Shown here in pieces: positions 48,421 to 58,078 of a stretch of 64,000 nucleotides of DNA; the first letter of the stretch is position 1; every line of letters begins with the position of its first letter. The notes beneath the pieces were generated by a model. The model was not told where the DNA came from, made no database searches, and saw only the letters and a list, made by a program, of their open reading frames with translations. A program made the translations under genes and the position numbers. This stretch comes from Eukaryota sp. TZLM1-RC (lineage: Eukaryota > Protista > Metamonada: BaSk clade), in assembly GCA_040285825.1 (NCBI GenBank), contig JAUPSS010000004.1, forward strand, positions 6,477,784-6,541,783, written 5' to 3'.

Positions 48421-48563
48421 CTTGTAGATTTAAAAATATCTACATCACCAACACGATCTGGACTCGACACGAGTAAAAATGGAGTAAAGTCATAACTCGA
48501 ATTTTGGAGTTAAGTTTTGCTCAACTCTACTGCTCTCATCTTGCTTTTATGTGTTTTTAGCTG

Positions 48564-51500
48564 ATGCCCTCTTTCCAACTTGAACGTCTCTGTTCCCTTA
48601 TTTCCAATGCACCTTCGTCATCCCTCAGACCATTAATTGCTGATCAGCTACTTGACCTTGCCCAGTCTTCCAGTGAACTTCATCTTATTCTTGATTCATT
48701 AGTTAACTTTCTCAATGACACCAATTGGAGTGTCCGACTTTGTTCTCATCAAGTACTTCTCAAGACCCTACCCCTTCTCAGTCCTACTCTAACCCCACAA
48801 GTTCTTGATACTTCCACCACCACTTTTCCCTCACTTCAGGATGCTCTTGGTCGTTTCTCTTCTTTACCCCACCTTATAGGAGAAGTTATTCCCAGTGAGC
48901 CGTCAGGAAACTTACAAGAAAAAAGGAGAAGTTCTGCACCATTACCCTCCAAAAGGAAGAAACCATTTCAGTTTGACATCACGTCATCAACTTATAATGC
49001 CACGTCGACACTTTCCTCCCTTGCTTCATCACTTCCCTCTTTACTCCTCTCTCCTGATTGGAACATCAGACACGGAGCCTCTCTTCTTTCCATATCGCTT
49101 CTACAGTCTCTTCCTCAATTGTTTAATTCACAACTTATCTTTAAACTACTCTACTCTGCTGTGGAGGCTTGTTATAGAGATCGCTTAAGGGATTTCGTTG
49201 GAGAAGTTGTTTTTTATCCTGTGTTGGAGAGTTTAATCGAATTAATTCGGGTGTTGAATGTAAAATTTTTGTTTAGGTTTGATGGAATTAGAAGGTCAAT
49301 CAATCGTGATTTGATTGTTCAATCATTTGATAGGTTCCTTTCCGGTCAGGTTGATGGCCATTTTGTAATAGTGTCATGCCTTCTTCTTTTTAAGGGTGAT
49401 TTCTTGCAAAATTTTCAACCAATTGATATCTTGTTGTCAAAATTTGTGGAAATTTTTGACTATGGATCAGAAAAAGGTCACTTTGATGACGATGTTGTTG
49501 CTTATTGTCTTGAGGTAATGATCAACATCAAAGAAACTTATCTTCAATCATTTTTTCAATCAAATTCCTTTCAGGTCAAGAAAATTCTCAATCTTGTGAA
49601 TCATTTTGATGAATATTCTGCCAGTTCAATTCCTTTGATCAAGTTAGTATCAAATATAGTCAATAATGATTCCTATTTTGACCTAGTTTCCTTCTTGAGT
49701 AATCTTTCAATTCCTCTATTATCTAATGAGCTGACAAACGTTATAAATCAAGTTTTAGATGCCAATATTGAATTATTAGAGAAGAATTTATTTGAAAGTA
49801 TTGAGGATTCTACAGTCGTTTCTGAATTAATTTCAAATTCATTAAGTTCTTTTGTAAAAAGAATTGTTCCAAAGAATTTTTATGATTTTCTCTTTGATGC
49901 CAGTGTCAAGCAAAGTTTATATGATGATCAAGTTGATCTCGAATCTTACACGTCAAATTTTGAACTAATACCCAAATTTTTAAATTTTTGTAGATTGCTG
50001 GGCAATTATTTCACCTTCTCTAGTGAAACTTTGTTTGAATTTCTCTTTGATTCAGTTTTCAAACCATTTTGTGTTGACTCATTTAATTTTACCAATGGTT
50101 ATTCTTTTAGAATTCTTTTTTCAGAAGCTTTTGGTTTATTGTTTAGTAATTTAATTGAAAAATTTCCATCAAAAGTTTGCACTTTTTTGATTCAAAAGAC
50201 TCATGTAGATTCAATCCAATCAATTTTGATGGCTTCCCTTTTGTTAAGTAAAGTGTTTGCTTTTCTATCTACCAGTGTCGTCACATGTCAAACGTTGAGC
50301 TCTTTTAGTCTCGCTAAAATTTCAGAATCTTTTACAGATTTAATAATATCCAATTCTGATGTTCAAAATTGTCTGCAACAAGCCAACTCAGTCTGTCAGT
50401 CCTTTGAACATTATCTCTCAGAAGATTCATTGTCCAAAATCCAGGAGCTGGATGTCATAAACAAAGCTCGATTGATTTTATCGGAAGTTGATGCTAAAAA
50501 GACAGTTAAAGTCGATGATGAGTTGCCTATTTTGTATAATAGACTAGAACGGTCAGTCATTCAAAGTCAACGTGTTTTTGACCTTGCTAAAAATAGAATT
50601 TATTCATCTTTTTCTCTTCTAATATGTGTCAATTCCTGTTATTACCCCAAGAAATTAGGAAGTATTGTTAAGATTTTAATTGAATCTTTAAAAACCGAAA
50701 GCGATGTAGTTTTTGCTGATTGCTTAATGTCAAACTTTGCTTTAATTGTTGTGAAAACCTTTAATAGAACGCCTTCTCCTGTTAATGTTGTTTTAAAAAA
50801 CTTGATTCCTTTTATTAATGGTAAAAGTGAAATAATTAGAAGGAACTGTCGGCTATTTTTCAGCTATTTTGTCAAATTTTCGGGGAATGAGCTCAATGCG
50901 GTGGCACCCAATTTTGTCGAAAATTTGGTTGTTTCATTCAAAGAAACAAATTTCCAGGATTTTCCTCATTTATGCCAATTTTTAGGTTCAATTTCTAAAA
51001 ATTTAAGCACTTGCAGTACTTGGGCTTATTTTGAATTAGTTAATTTAGCAGTTTGCTTTCTTGGTAAAATGTTACTGTCCAATCACGACTCAGAAGCAGA
51101 AAGTGATTCAGTTGATTCTGACATTCAATCAATTTTGATTAGTTCAGTTTCCTTTGAATGTGCCCGACTTCTAGCTCTTTTTTTGCATAATTTGGATCAT
51201 TGCTTTACTGCTCAACTATCTGGCAAATTTTTCTCAAATTTTCAATCTGATTCTAGTGATCCCTACTTTACAACTGGGTTTCTGGCTATCTTGTACCAAA
51301 TTTTGGAATCAGATTACACTGAATTAATTGCTCTTTTCCCAAGTTTTTTGGTTTCTTGTATAAAATTATTTAATTTTTCATTTAAATTAGTTTCGGTAAT
51401 AGCTAATATGTGTTTTGCTAAACTTTTCACTCTTGTACCTTTGGCTCAAGGCTCTAGAGGTTCAAACATACCAAATTTTGAAATTTTGTCTGACCAAATT

Positions 51501-53069
51501 GAACAAGATTCTGTTTTTTTAACTGAATTCATAGGAATTCAATCTTCAAGTATTGAAAAGTTTGACCAAATATTTAATTTTTCGGACAATCCTTTCACAC
51601 TTCGATCCTACCAAAAAGAAGGGATCATGTGGCTTAATTTTCTCAAAAAATTCAATTTAGCTGGAATTTTGGCTGACGATATGGGCTTGGGCAAGACCTT
51701 ACAAACTCTTTGTATTCTTTCAACTGTTAGTGACATTTCTCTTGTTGTTGCTCCTTCTTCTGTCGTTCACCATTGGGTCAATGAATGTCGACGAATGTTT
51801 CCAAAGATTAATGTTGAGTGTTTTCTTGGAGTTAATCGATCAAAATCAACTCTCAATCAAATCTTGACTACCTTTGACCATGGTATTTTGGTGACGTCAT
51901 ATGATTGTCTTAAAAGCCATGTTTCTTCGTTATCAAATATTCTGTTTTCCTTTGTAGTTTTAGATGAAGGTCACTTAATTCGTAACCATAACTCCGTACT
52001 TTCTCGATCAGTCAAGCAATTGATGAGCCAACATCGACTAATTTTGACCGGAACTCCAATCCAAAATCACGTGCTCGAGCTGTGGAGTCTATTTGATTTC
52101 CTTATACCAGGTTATTTTGGTTCTAGAAGGTCATTCAACTCTCAATTTACCAGACCCATAACTGCTCTTAAAGAGAGGAACTCAACTCCAAAGGCTCAAG
52201 AAGCTGCTGCTTCAGCTCTCCATCAACTTCATCGACAGTTGCTTCCTTTTATAATGCGAAGGAGAAAAGAAGATGTACTTGATGATTTGCCTCCAAAGAT
52301 TATTACAGATGTGGAGTGCTCATTGACGGATGAACAAAGAGCAGCATTAGCGCAATTGGATAGTAGTGAGTCAAAATTAGCGATCAAAAAGGATCAAAAT
52401 GAGCTCAAAATTTTGACTTATCCAGATTACTTTACTTTTTCAGAAACTGATTTCCAAAAAGATTGGTTTAAAAAATCTGGCAAGATGACAGCACTGGTAG
52501 ATTTACTAATTCAAACAGGCCTGGATTTGACCTGCGAATCATTTGAAGGAAACCATAAAATTCTGATATTTTGTCAAACAAAAAGATCTATTTCTCTTAT
52601 TGAACAAATAGTCTTTCCTTTGTTTGCAAATCTTAAATGGCTTCGAATGGATGGTGATGTACCAGCTGCTGAAAGACAATCTATCGTTGATTCTTTCTCT
52701 TGTTCTGATTATGCAATTTTAATTCTAACTACTAGCATTGGGGGCCTGGGACTCAATCTCCAAGCTGCGGACACTGTTATAATGTTTGAACACTCTTATA
52801 ATCCACAGGAGGATGCACAGGCTATGGACAGGGCTCATAGATTAGGGCAAAAGAAAATTGTCAACGTATACCGACTAATAACAAGTGATTCATTGGAGGA
52901 ACGAGTGATGAGCCTTCAAAAGTTCAAGTTGCAAGTATCAGACACAGTCGTCAATAAAGAAAATGTTTCATTAAAAACAATGGATACAAAAGCTGTATTG
53001 GAAACCTTTGCTAGTTCAGTAAATCATGAACCTTCAAAGGAAAAAGTTGAAGTTTTGGATAGAGAATAA
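48564..53069 (+). CDS. BTAF1: SNF2-family ATPase Mot1/BTAF1 (TBP-associated)
   Basis: N-terminal HEAT-like WNIRHGA, DRLRDFV; GILADDMGLGKTLQ, DEGH, TGTPIQN, LPPKII, QAMDRAHRLGQKKIVNVYRLIT. Confidence 0.9.
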   Translation: MPSFQLERLCSLISNAPSSSLRPLIADQLLDLAQSSSELHLILDSLVNFLNDTNWSVRLCSHQVLLKTLPLLSPTLTPQVLDTSTTTFPSLQDALGRFSSLPHLIGEVIPSEPSGNLQEKRRSSAPLPSKRKKPFQFDITSSTYNATSTLSSLASSLPSLLLSPDWNIRHGASLLSISLLQSLPQLFNSQLIFKLLYSAVEACYRDRLRDFVGEVVFYPVLESLIELIRVLNVKFLFRFDGIRRSINRDLIVQSFDRFLSGQVDGHFVIVSCLLLFKGDFLQNFQPIDILLSKFVEIFDYGSEKGHFDDDVVAYCLEVMINIKETYLQSFFQSNSFQVKKILNLVNHFDEYSASSIPLIKLVSNIVNNDSYFDLVSFLSNLSIPLLSNELTNVINQVLDANIELLEKNLFESIEDSTVVSELISNSLSSFVKRIVPKNFYDFLFDASVKQSLYDDQVDLESYTSNFELIPKFLNFCRLLGNYFTFSSETLFEFLFDSVFKPFCVDSFNFTNGYSFRILFSEAFGLLFSNLIEKFPSKVCTFLIQKTHVDSIQSILMASLLLSKVFAFLSTSVVTCQTLSSFSLAKISESFTDLIISNSDVQNCLQQANSVCQSFEHYLSEDSLSKIQELDVINKARLILSEVDAKKTVKVDDELPILYNRLERSVIQSQRVFDLAKNRIYSSFSLLICVNSCYYPKKLGSIVKILIESLKTESDVVFADCLMSNFALIVVKTFNRTPSPVNVVLKNLIPFINGKSEIIRRNCRLFFSYFVKFSGNELNAVAPNFVENLVVSFKETNFQDFPHLCQFLGSISKNLSTCSTWAYFELVNLAVCFLGKMLLSNHDSEAESDSVDSDIQSILISSVSFECARLLALFLHNLDHCFTAQLSGKFFSNFQSDSSDPYFTTGFLAILYQILESDYTELIALFPSFLVSCIKLFNFSFKLVSVIANMCFAKLFTLVPLAQGSRGSNIPNFEILSDQIEQDSVFLTEFIGIQSSSIEKFDQIFNFSDNPFTLRSYQKEGIMWLNFLKKFNLAGILADDMGLGKTLQTLCILSTVSDISLVVAPSSVVHHWVNECRRMFPKINVECFLGVNRSKSTLNQILTTFDHGILVTSYDCLKSHVSSLSNILFSFVVLDEGHLIRNHNSVLSRSVKQLMSQHRLILTGTPIQNHVLELWSLFDFLIPGYFGSRRSFNSQFTRPITALKERNSTPKAQEAAASALHQLHRQLLPFIMRRRKEDVLDDLPPKIITDVECSLTDEQRAALAQLDSSESKLAIKKDQNELKILTYPDYFTFSETDFQKDWFKKSGKMTALVDLLIQTGLDLTCESFEGNHKILIFCQTKRSISLIEQIVFPLFANLKWLRMDGDVPAAERQSIVDSFSCSDYAILILTTSIGGLGLNLQAADTVIMFEHSYNPQEDAQAMDRAHRLGQKKIVNVYRLITSDSLEERVMSLQKFKLQVSDTVVNKENVSLKTMDTKAVLETFASSVNHEPSKEKVEVLDRE

Positions 53070-55046
53070 TTTTAGTTTTTAGCTGTTTATAGATGTAAAT
53101 ACCACCTTATAAAGAACAATTATAAATACAAATTTACATCAACAAATAAAGCTACTGTGAAGCCTCCTTCTCGTTGGACATATGTTGACCAACAATAGCA
53201 ATCAGAATAGAATTGATAAACCTAGAATTAACTTGAACCAAATGCTCATCAGAAGCAAAGATAACACTATCACACAACTTTCTCATCATTGTGAGTACAT
53301 AACGAGCATTCATAATCTTTTCTTCTTCATCATTGCCGGGTTTCATAATTTGTCTATTCATCTTACCAGGGAAGACAGCATCCAAAAGATGATAAAAGAA
53401 CATTGAATTAGAGAGAGAACGATCTCTGGTAGAAGGTACAGGTTGACCCCCAACAGAAGTGACCAGGTTATTGGCAATTTCCAACAACATTTTATCGGTA
53501 ACATTAGCTCCCAAAACACTTGAGTGGGATTTAATCATATGGGCTCTTTGGGCTTGGAATAATATACTGGGAAGCATTTTACGATCACTATCAGCAATAC
53601 AATTAGCATCAATATTTACCAATTTGATTCCAATATGACTAAGGCGGTCCAAGACATAATTACAATTACCAAGAATAGCAAACTTATTAAGTTTACGGTC
53701 ACCTTTTGGTAATTGAATTCGCTTGAAATCAACTGCACCAGGAACAATTTGGTCAATAACCTTTGCCAAAATGACGCCATCTTTTAAATCAGTGTACATG
53801 TCGTTGATTTTGATTGATTCATCAAGATTATTGATCCAATTGGTGAATTGCCTTTCTTCAGCAGTGAGAGCATTTGAGGACGAGTAAGCAGCAAGTTGGG
53901 CTAGTAATTCTTCCATATTATCTTCTTCTTCAGCATAAAGACCTGGGCAAGTTTCAAATAATTCAGCTAGTAGCACCAAGTTCATCTTCTCATTAGCTGC
54001 CAGGACTGAACGCAAGGTAGCAACTGGCTTGGCTTTGAGGTCTTCACGTATTATTTCCAGAATTCTAGATACCCTGGGCCTACCTTCAGCTAACGCAAGT
54101 ATTGATTCGGCATCAACCCTACAGGTTCTCTTGGTAATCTCAGCCAGTAAATGAGCCAAAACTCTTCCGTCAACCAAATCTTCACCAAAATTCTTAATTT
54201 GGTCTTGTCCAGCATTTTTTAAATGGAAATTGACCCATCTTAAAAGAATTGTTTCAGCAGGTAGTTTGATAAATTCTTCAAGGTCCTCTCCCCTTTCCAG
54301 AAGAACCGCCAGCTCAGGATGTTTGGTAATGTTAACGCTTTGGCCAAGAAGAGAACGAACAGCTTGCCATAACAAACCAAGACAGAGATGGGGAGCACCA
54401 CTAATAATATCTTCAGGACCCATGGAGATAACAGTAAAACCGACGGATTTGCAAGAGCTTAGAGCAAGTTGAAGGTTCTCTAGGCAATGGAACCTGTTCA
54501 AAGGTTTGCCGGCTTTGGGTTTGTTAAGAGCATCAGTATGGATTGTGCCAGGTTCAACTTTGTTAACCAAGGAAGACAAAACAAGACCATCTCCTAGACT
54601 GTCAAAAAGGGCGTCAGGGTCGTCGGCTAATGGAAGCTTGTCTGCTACAAGTTCGTCATCCTTTAGGGTTGAATTGATAAAACCAACAGTACCAGACACT
54701 TCAGCAAGGGAATACGAGTGGTAAGAATTACCAGCTTCCACCTTACATATACGGAGAAACTTCTTGAGGTATTTTCCAATACCAGAGGAGTCCTTTCCTT
54801 GACGAATGCTAGTTACAATACTGATAAATTGGTCAAAGGTGAGCTCACCATCATTGGAGACTTCTGCAATCATGGCTTCAATTTCTGACATGGGAACTTT
54901 TTGGTTGAATTTGATGAAAAGCTCATTGAGTTCATGTTTGTCAAGAGTACTGGAACCGTCAGAGTCAATGAGTTGAAACTCAACACGAATCTCTTTAAGT
55001 TCAGAGGGGGAGATAGTAGATGACATTGGATGAATGTAATGAAGGT
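52957..55046 (-). repeat. Left arm of a 2.09-kb inverted duplication
   Basis: Reverse complement of 58079-60168, about 99% identical. Confidence 0.92.
53152..55026 (-). CDS. Fimbrin/plastin, copy A
   Basis: EF-hand DSDGSSTLDKHEL plus four CH domains (DGLVL..PGTI, LGLLWQ, ILLRWVNFHL, DLKDG). Confidence 0.92.
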   Translation of the reverse strand: MSSTISPSELKEIRVEFQLIDSDGSSTLDKHELNELFIKFNQKVPMSEIEAMIAEVSNDGELTFDQFISIVTSIRQGKDSSGIGKYLKKFLRICKVEAGNSYHSYSLAEVSGTVGFINSTLKDDELVADKLPLADDPDALFDSLGDGLVLSSLVNKVEPGTIHTDALNKPKAGKPLNRFHCLENLQLALSSCKSVGFTVISMGPEDIISGAPHLCLGLLWQAVRSLLGQSVNITKHPELAVLLERGEDLEEFIKLPAETILLRWVNFHLKNAGQDQIKNFGEDLVDGRVLAHLLAEITKRTCRVDAESILALAEGRPRVSRILEIIREDLKAKPVATLRSVLAANEKMNLVLLAELFETCPGLYAEEEDNMEELLAQLAAYSSSNALTAEERQFTNWINNLDESIKINDMYTDLKDGVILAKVIDQIVPGAVDFKRIQLPKGDRKLNKFAILGNCNYVLDRLSHIGIKLVNIDANCIADSDRKMLPSILFQAQRAHMIKSHSSVLGANVTDKMLLEIANNLVTSVGGQPVPSTRDRSLSNSMFFYHLLDAVFPGKMNRQIMKPGNDEEEKIMNARYVLTMMRKLCDSVIFASDEHLVQVNSRFINSILIAIVGQHMSNEKEASQ

Positions 55047-55850
55047 TTTTGTCATTCTGTTTAACATTTATTTATTTTTGTGTGTGAGGTATGGTATGGT
55101 TGGGTGGCTTGCAATACCAAATACCACCTGGTATGGTATGGTGAAGATACTTTGTGGTATCAAACCAACCTGTTTTTGGATTCCTTTGCTGTTTCTCACA
55201 CTGCGACTAACAACAATACTGATCAGTATTTGTACCTAAGGGTAATAGAGACTACTCTTTATCACATTTTTTCATTTTAATTTTCTGGCCCTATTCAATA
55301 CAAGTACTGTTTTAGTAGACATTCAGTACAATTACACAGTGATTTTTACAGAACGTCTTTCTGATGAAACGAGACTCATTTCGCTCAACATCCAGGCTGA
55401 CCGTTCAATGTTATCTCGTCGGAACTTTTCGCTGAAGCTGAATTTAATGCAAAAAGAAAGTGGGATTGATTGATTATGAATCAATATTATTGATTATAAA
55501 TCAAATTCTTCTGTTTTGGCACAGTAGTGTTAGCTTTTACTTAGTAGTAATATTGAATTTGGTATACCTATATTATATCCACTGTGCCTTGTTGGATAAG
55601 TCTCAGAATTTTTCACAGTTGATTTAATGCAAAAAAATGGTTTAATGATTGTACCAATTGTCTGAAAAGAAAGGTTCATATTCTGATACAACATCATCTA
55701 TGAAAAGAAATTGACCCGATACACTTTTAGAAATTATTGACCCAAGGAGACTATAAACCATTAAAAACCGACAGAAATAAATGAATTATATACAAAATTA
55801 CTAAATTACAAAAAACTGCAAAAAAATAAAAAATAAATACAAATACCTAA

Positions 55851-57971
55851 TCAGGAATCACTAAAACTTTCAATTACAGTGTCCGATGCTGTTGAATCAA
55901 AGCAATCAACAATCGACCAAACATTTTCAGTGAACACTTTTGAGAGTAAGGAAGATACAGTTTTCAACACACCCCTGCCTTGAATTGAATGGTCATCATC
56001 TAGAATCTTAACTAAAGCTTCAAAATTGGAACTCTCAGAGTACAATAGAGACTGTAATGCTGAATTATGTTTAGAATCTGATTGAAGAGCGGTGTTTCTA
56101 TTTAGTTTTTTCGAAATAATTCCCACGAAATAATCAGAAAAAGCTCTTTTGAACAGTTTACGAAAAGAGTCGGACAAAGAATGCCACAAACAGTTACGAA
56201 TAGCATCCAATAAACAATACCTTTGGGAAGTAGAGTCAAACGAGATTAGAGAATCTTCTATTAACAAGGACAGACTATCCATAATTAGAGATTCCTTAAA
56301 ATTAGCAAATATATCTGGTAAATTAGAAAAGAGACCATCCTCGACGACAGCAAGTCTTGATGCACAACCAACAACTCCAATAAGAGATTCATAAGTAAAT
56401 GACCTAGGAAATACTGAGCATACCTCTGCTAGATGGCGGGATTCAGGGGGAATGTGTTCAAGGGTTGGCTTGATAAGGTTGTAGAGAGTAGAAAGAGGTT
56501 CTGATCCATTCCAAGAATCATCAAAGTGACCGTCACTAAGCTTTGAGCAAAAGGAATCAGCAGACAACACTTGTCTTCTATTCAATATTGCCGCAGACAT
56601 CATAATGGCGTGGGGTAAGTTACCAACAGCTTGCGAGATCTTCTCAGCTTCAACGTGCTTCAATTGAGGACACAGGGACTTTAATAACAAAGCTCCGTTG
56701 AAACTAGACAAAGGGTTAAGCTTCATTGACAGGGTTAAGTACTGATTACCATCAATTAGACTATCAATACTGAGATTCTTTCTTGATGTGATGACGACAC
56801 AACTTGAGAAACAATAGTCTGACGAAGGTAAAAGATCCAAAACATTGTTCAAATTACCAGCAGATTCGAGCAACAAAAAACAACGTCTCCCTGCGAATAG
56901 AGACTGATACTTGGCTTTGAGATCGACTCCTTTAAGGTTATGTTCATCAAACTTGAAAGCTTGACTCTTCAGAGCTAGCCGCATCGCATCCTTTGAAGCT
57001 AAGTGACGGTTACAGATTCCAGACATATCCAGGGTCAAGTGTCTTATTGGAACTTCATCTTCCTCCTTAACCAATGGTGATTCATCAAAGTATTCATTAC
57101 CAACAGTGTCTTGGCCATGGTGATCAAGTAGTTTCTGCATCAAAACCCTGGCCAGTGCACTCTTTCCTGATAAAGGAAAACCATAAATAAGGGCAATTTT
57201 GTGCTGTGCCGTGTTTGAAGTGAAGAAATCAGTTAGTAGAGATAGTTCATTATCCCTTCCTAACAAGTCTGAAGGTGCATTAAAAGTAGAATTAGTGAAA
57301 ACTTGACTACTTATAGAATTCCTTCGTTTAGCAAACCCCAATCTTTCATCAATTAAACTTTGAGACATTTTGGTTATACCAGCACTTGTTCTGATAAAAG
57401 CACTGTACCTTGACGTAAAATAGACAGGGTGTGTCCCAATAGCAACAGAGACCTCTAACACGAATAAATCTTCAATGAAGAAACCAGAGTCGCTGACAAC
57501 AGGAACAAACTCAATGGTCAATAGCTTTGGATCCACTTGAGGTTTAAAGTAGTTAAGCCCTCCGTCAATCTTGAGTCTAATTTCATCTCGAAGAGAACGA
57601 GGCAGAATAACTCCCAAGATGGTACCATCATCTTCTATTCCAAAGTAAATGGTACCAGCAGAACCACTGTTTAAAAATGCATTTACATAATCAAGAGCAA
57701 GCCTTGGGATAACGGTAGTCAAGGACTTTGAGATCTGGACTGCTTTGAATTCATTGAACTGATTTTCGTCTACTGGTATAACAGAGTTCTTGGTGTAAAA
57801 TCTTTCTAATTGCAAAGAAGCTCGTCGACTAAATCGTTTGGTTACACTTTTAGGTTCAGGTAATGAAGAGCTCCTGGGTCTAGAACGAGGAGAAGGGAGT
57901 GATTCTTCATCAGATTCATAACCTCTAGAAAGTCCCACCCTGATGGAGAACTCATTTAGATAGTTACTCAT
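55851..57971 (-). CDS. Schlafen/AlbA_2 domain fused to a STAND (NB-ARC-like) P-loop NTPase
   Basis: ENQFNEFK, YVNAFLNS.AGTIYFGIEDDG; LLGRDNEL, Walker A GFPLSGKS, LLLESA, VVITSR, VGNLPHAI, CSVFP. Confidence 0.85.
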   Translation of the reverse strand: MSNYLNEFSIRVGLSRGYESDEESLPSPRSRPRSSSLPEPKSVTKRFSRRASLQLERFYTKNSVIPVDENQFNEFKAVQISKSLTTVIPRLALDYVNAFLNSGSAGTIYFGIEDDGTILGVILPRSLRDEIRLKIDGGLNYFKPQVDPKLLTIEFVPVVSDSGFFIEDLFVLEVSVAIGTHPVYFTSRYSAFIRTSAGITKMSQSLIDERLGFAKRRNSISSQVFTNSTFNAPSDLLGRDNELSLLTDFFTSNTAQHKIALIYGFPLSGKSALARVLMQKLLDHHGQDTVGNEYFDESPLVKEEDEVPIRHLTLDMSGICNRHLASKDAMRLALKSQAFKFDEHNLKGVDLKAKYQSLFAGRRCFLLLESAGNLNNVLDLLPSSDYCFSSCVVITSRKNLSIDSLIDGNQYLTLSMKLNPLSSFNGALLLKSLCPQLKHVEAEKISQAVGNLPHAIMMSAAILNRRQVLSADSFCSKLSDGHFDDSWNGSEPLSTLYNLIKPTLEHIPPESRHLAEVCSVFPRSFTYESLIGVVGCASRLAVVEDGLFSNLPDIFANFKESLIMDSLSLLIEDSLISFDSTSQRYCLLDAIRNCLWHSLSDSFRKLFKRAFSDYFVGIISKKLNRNTALQSDSKHNSALQSLLYSESSNFEALVKILDDDHSIQGRGVLKTVSSLLSKVFTENVWSIVDCFDSTASDTVIESFSDS

Positions 57972-58078
57972 TCAAGAGACAAGATGGACAAGAGCTAACA
58001 AAAGACAGCACAATAAGGAAGATTAGACAATGGTTAGACAAAAAGTCGAGCTGAATGAAGCTTCGACACAAATAATTC

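Noticed and set aside
55087-55172. GGTAT-repeat cluster resembling one end of a TIR element
   Set aside because: No partner end or TSD found in the window
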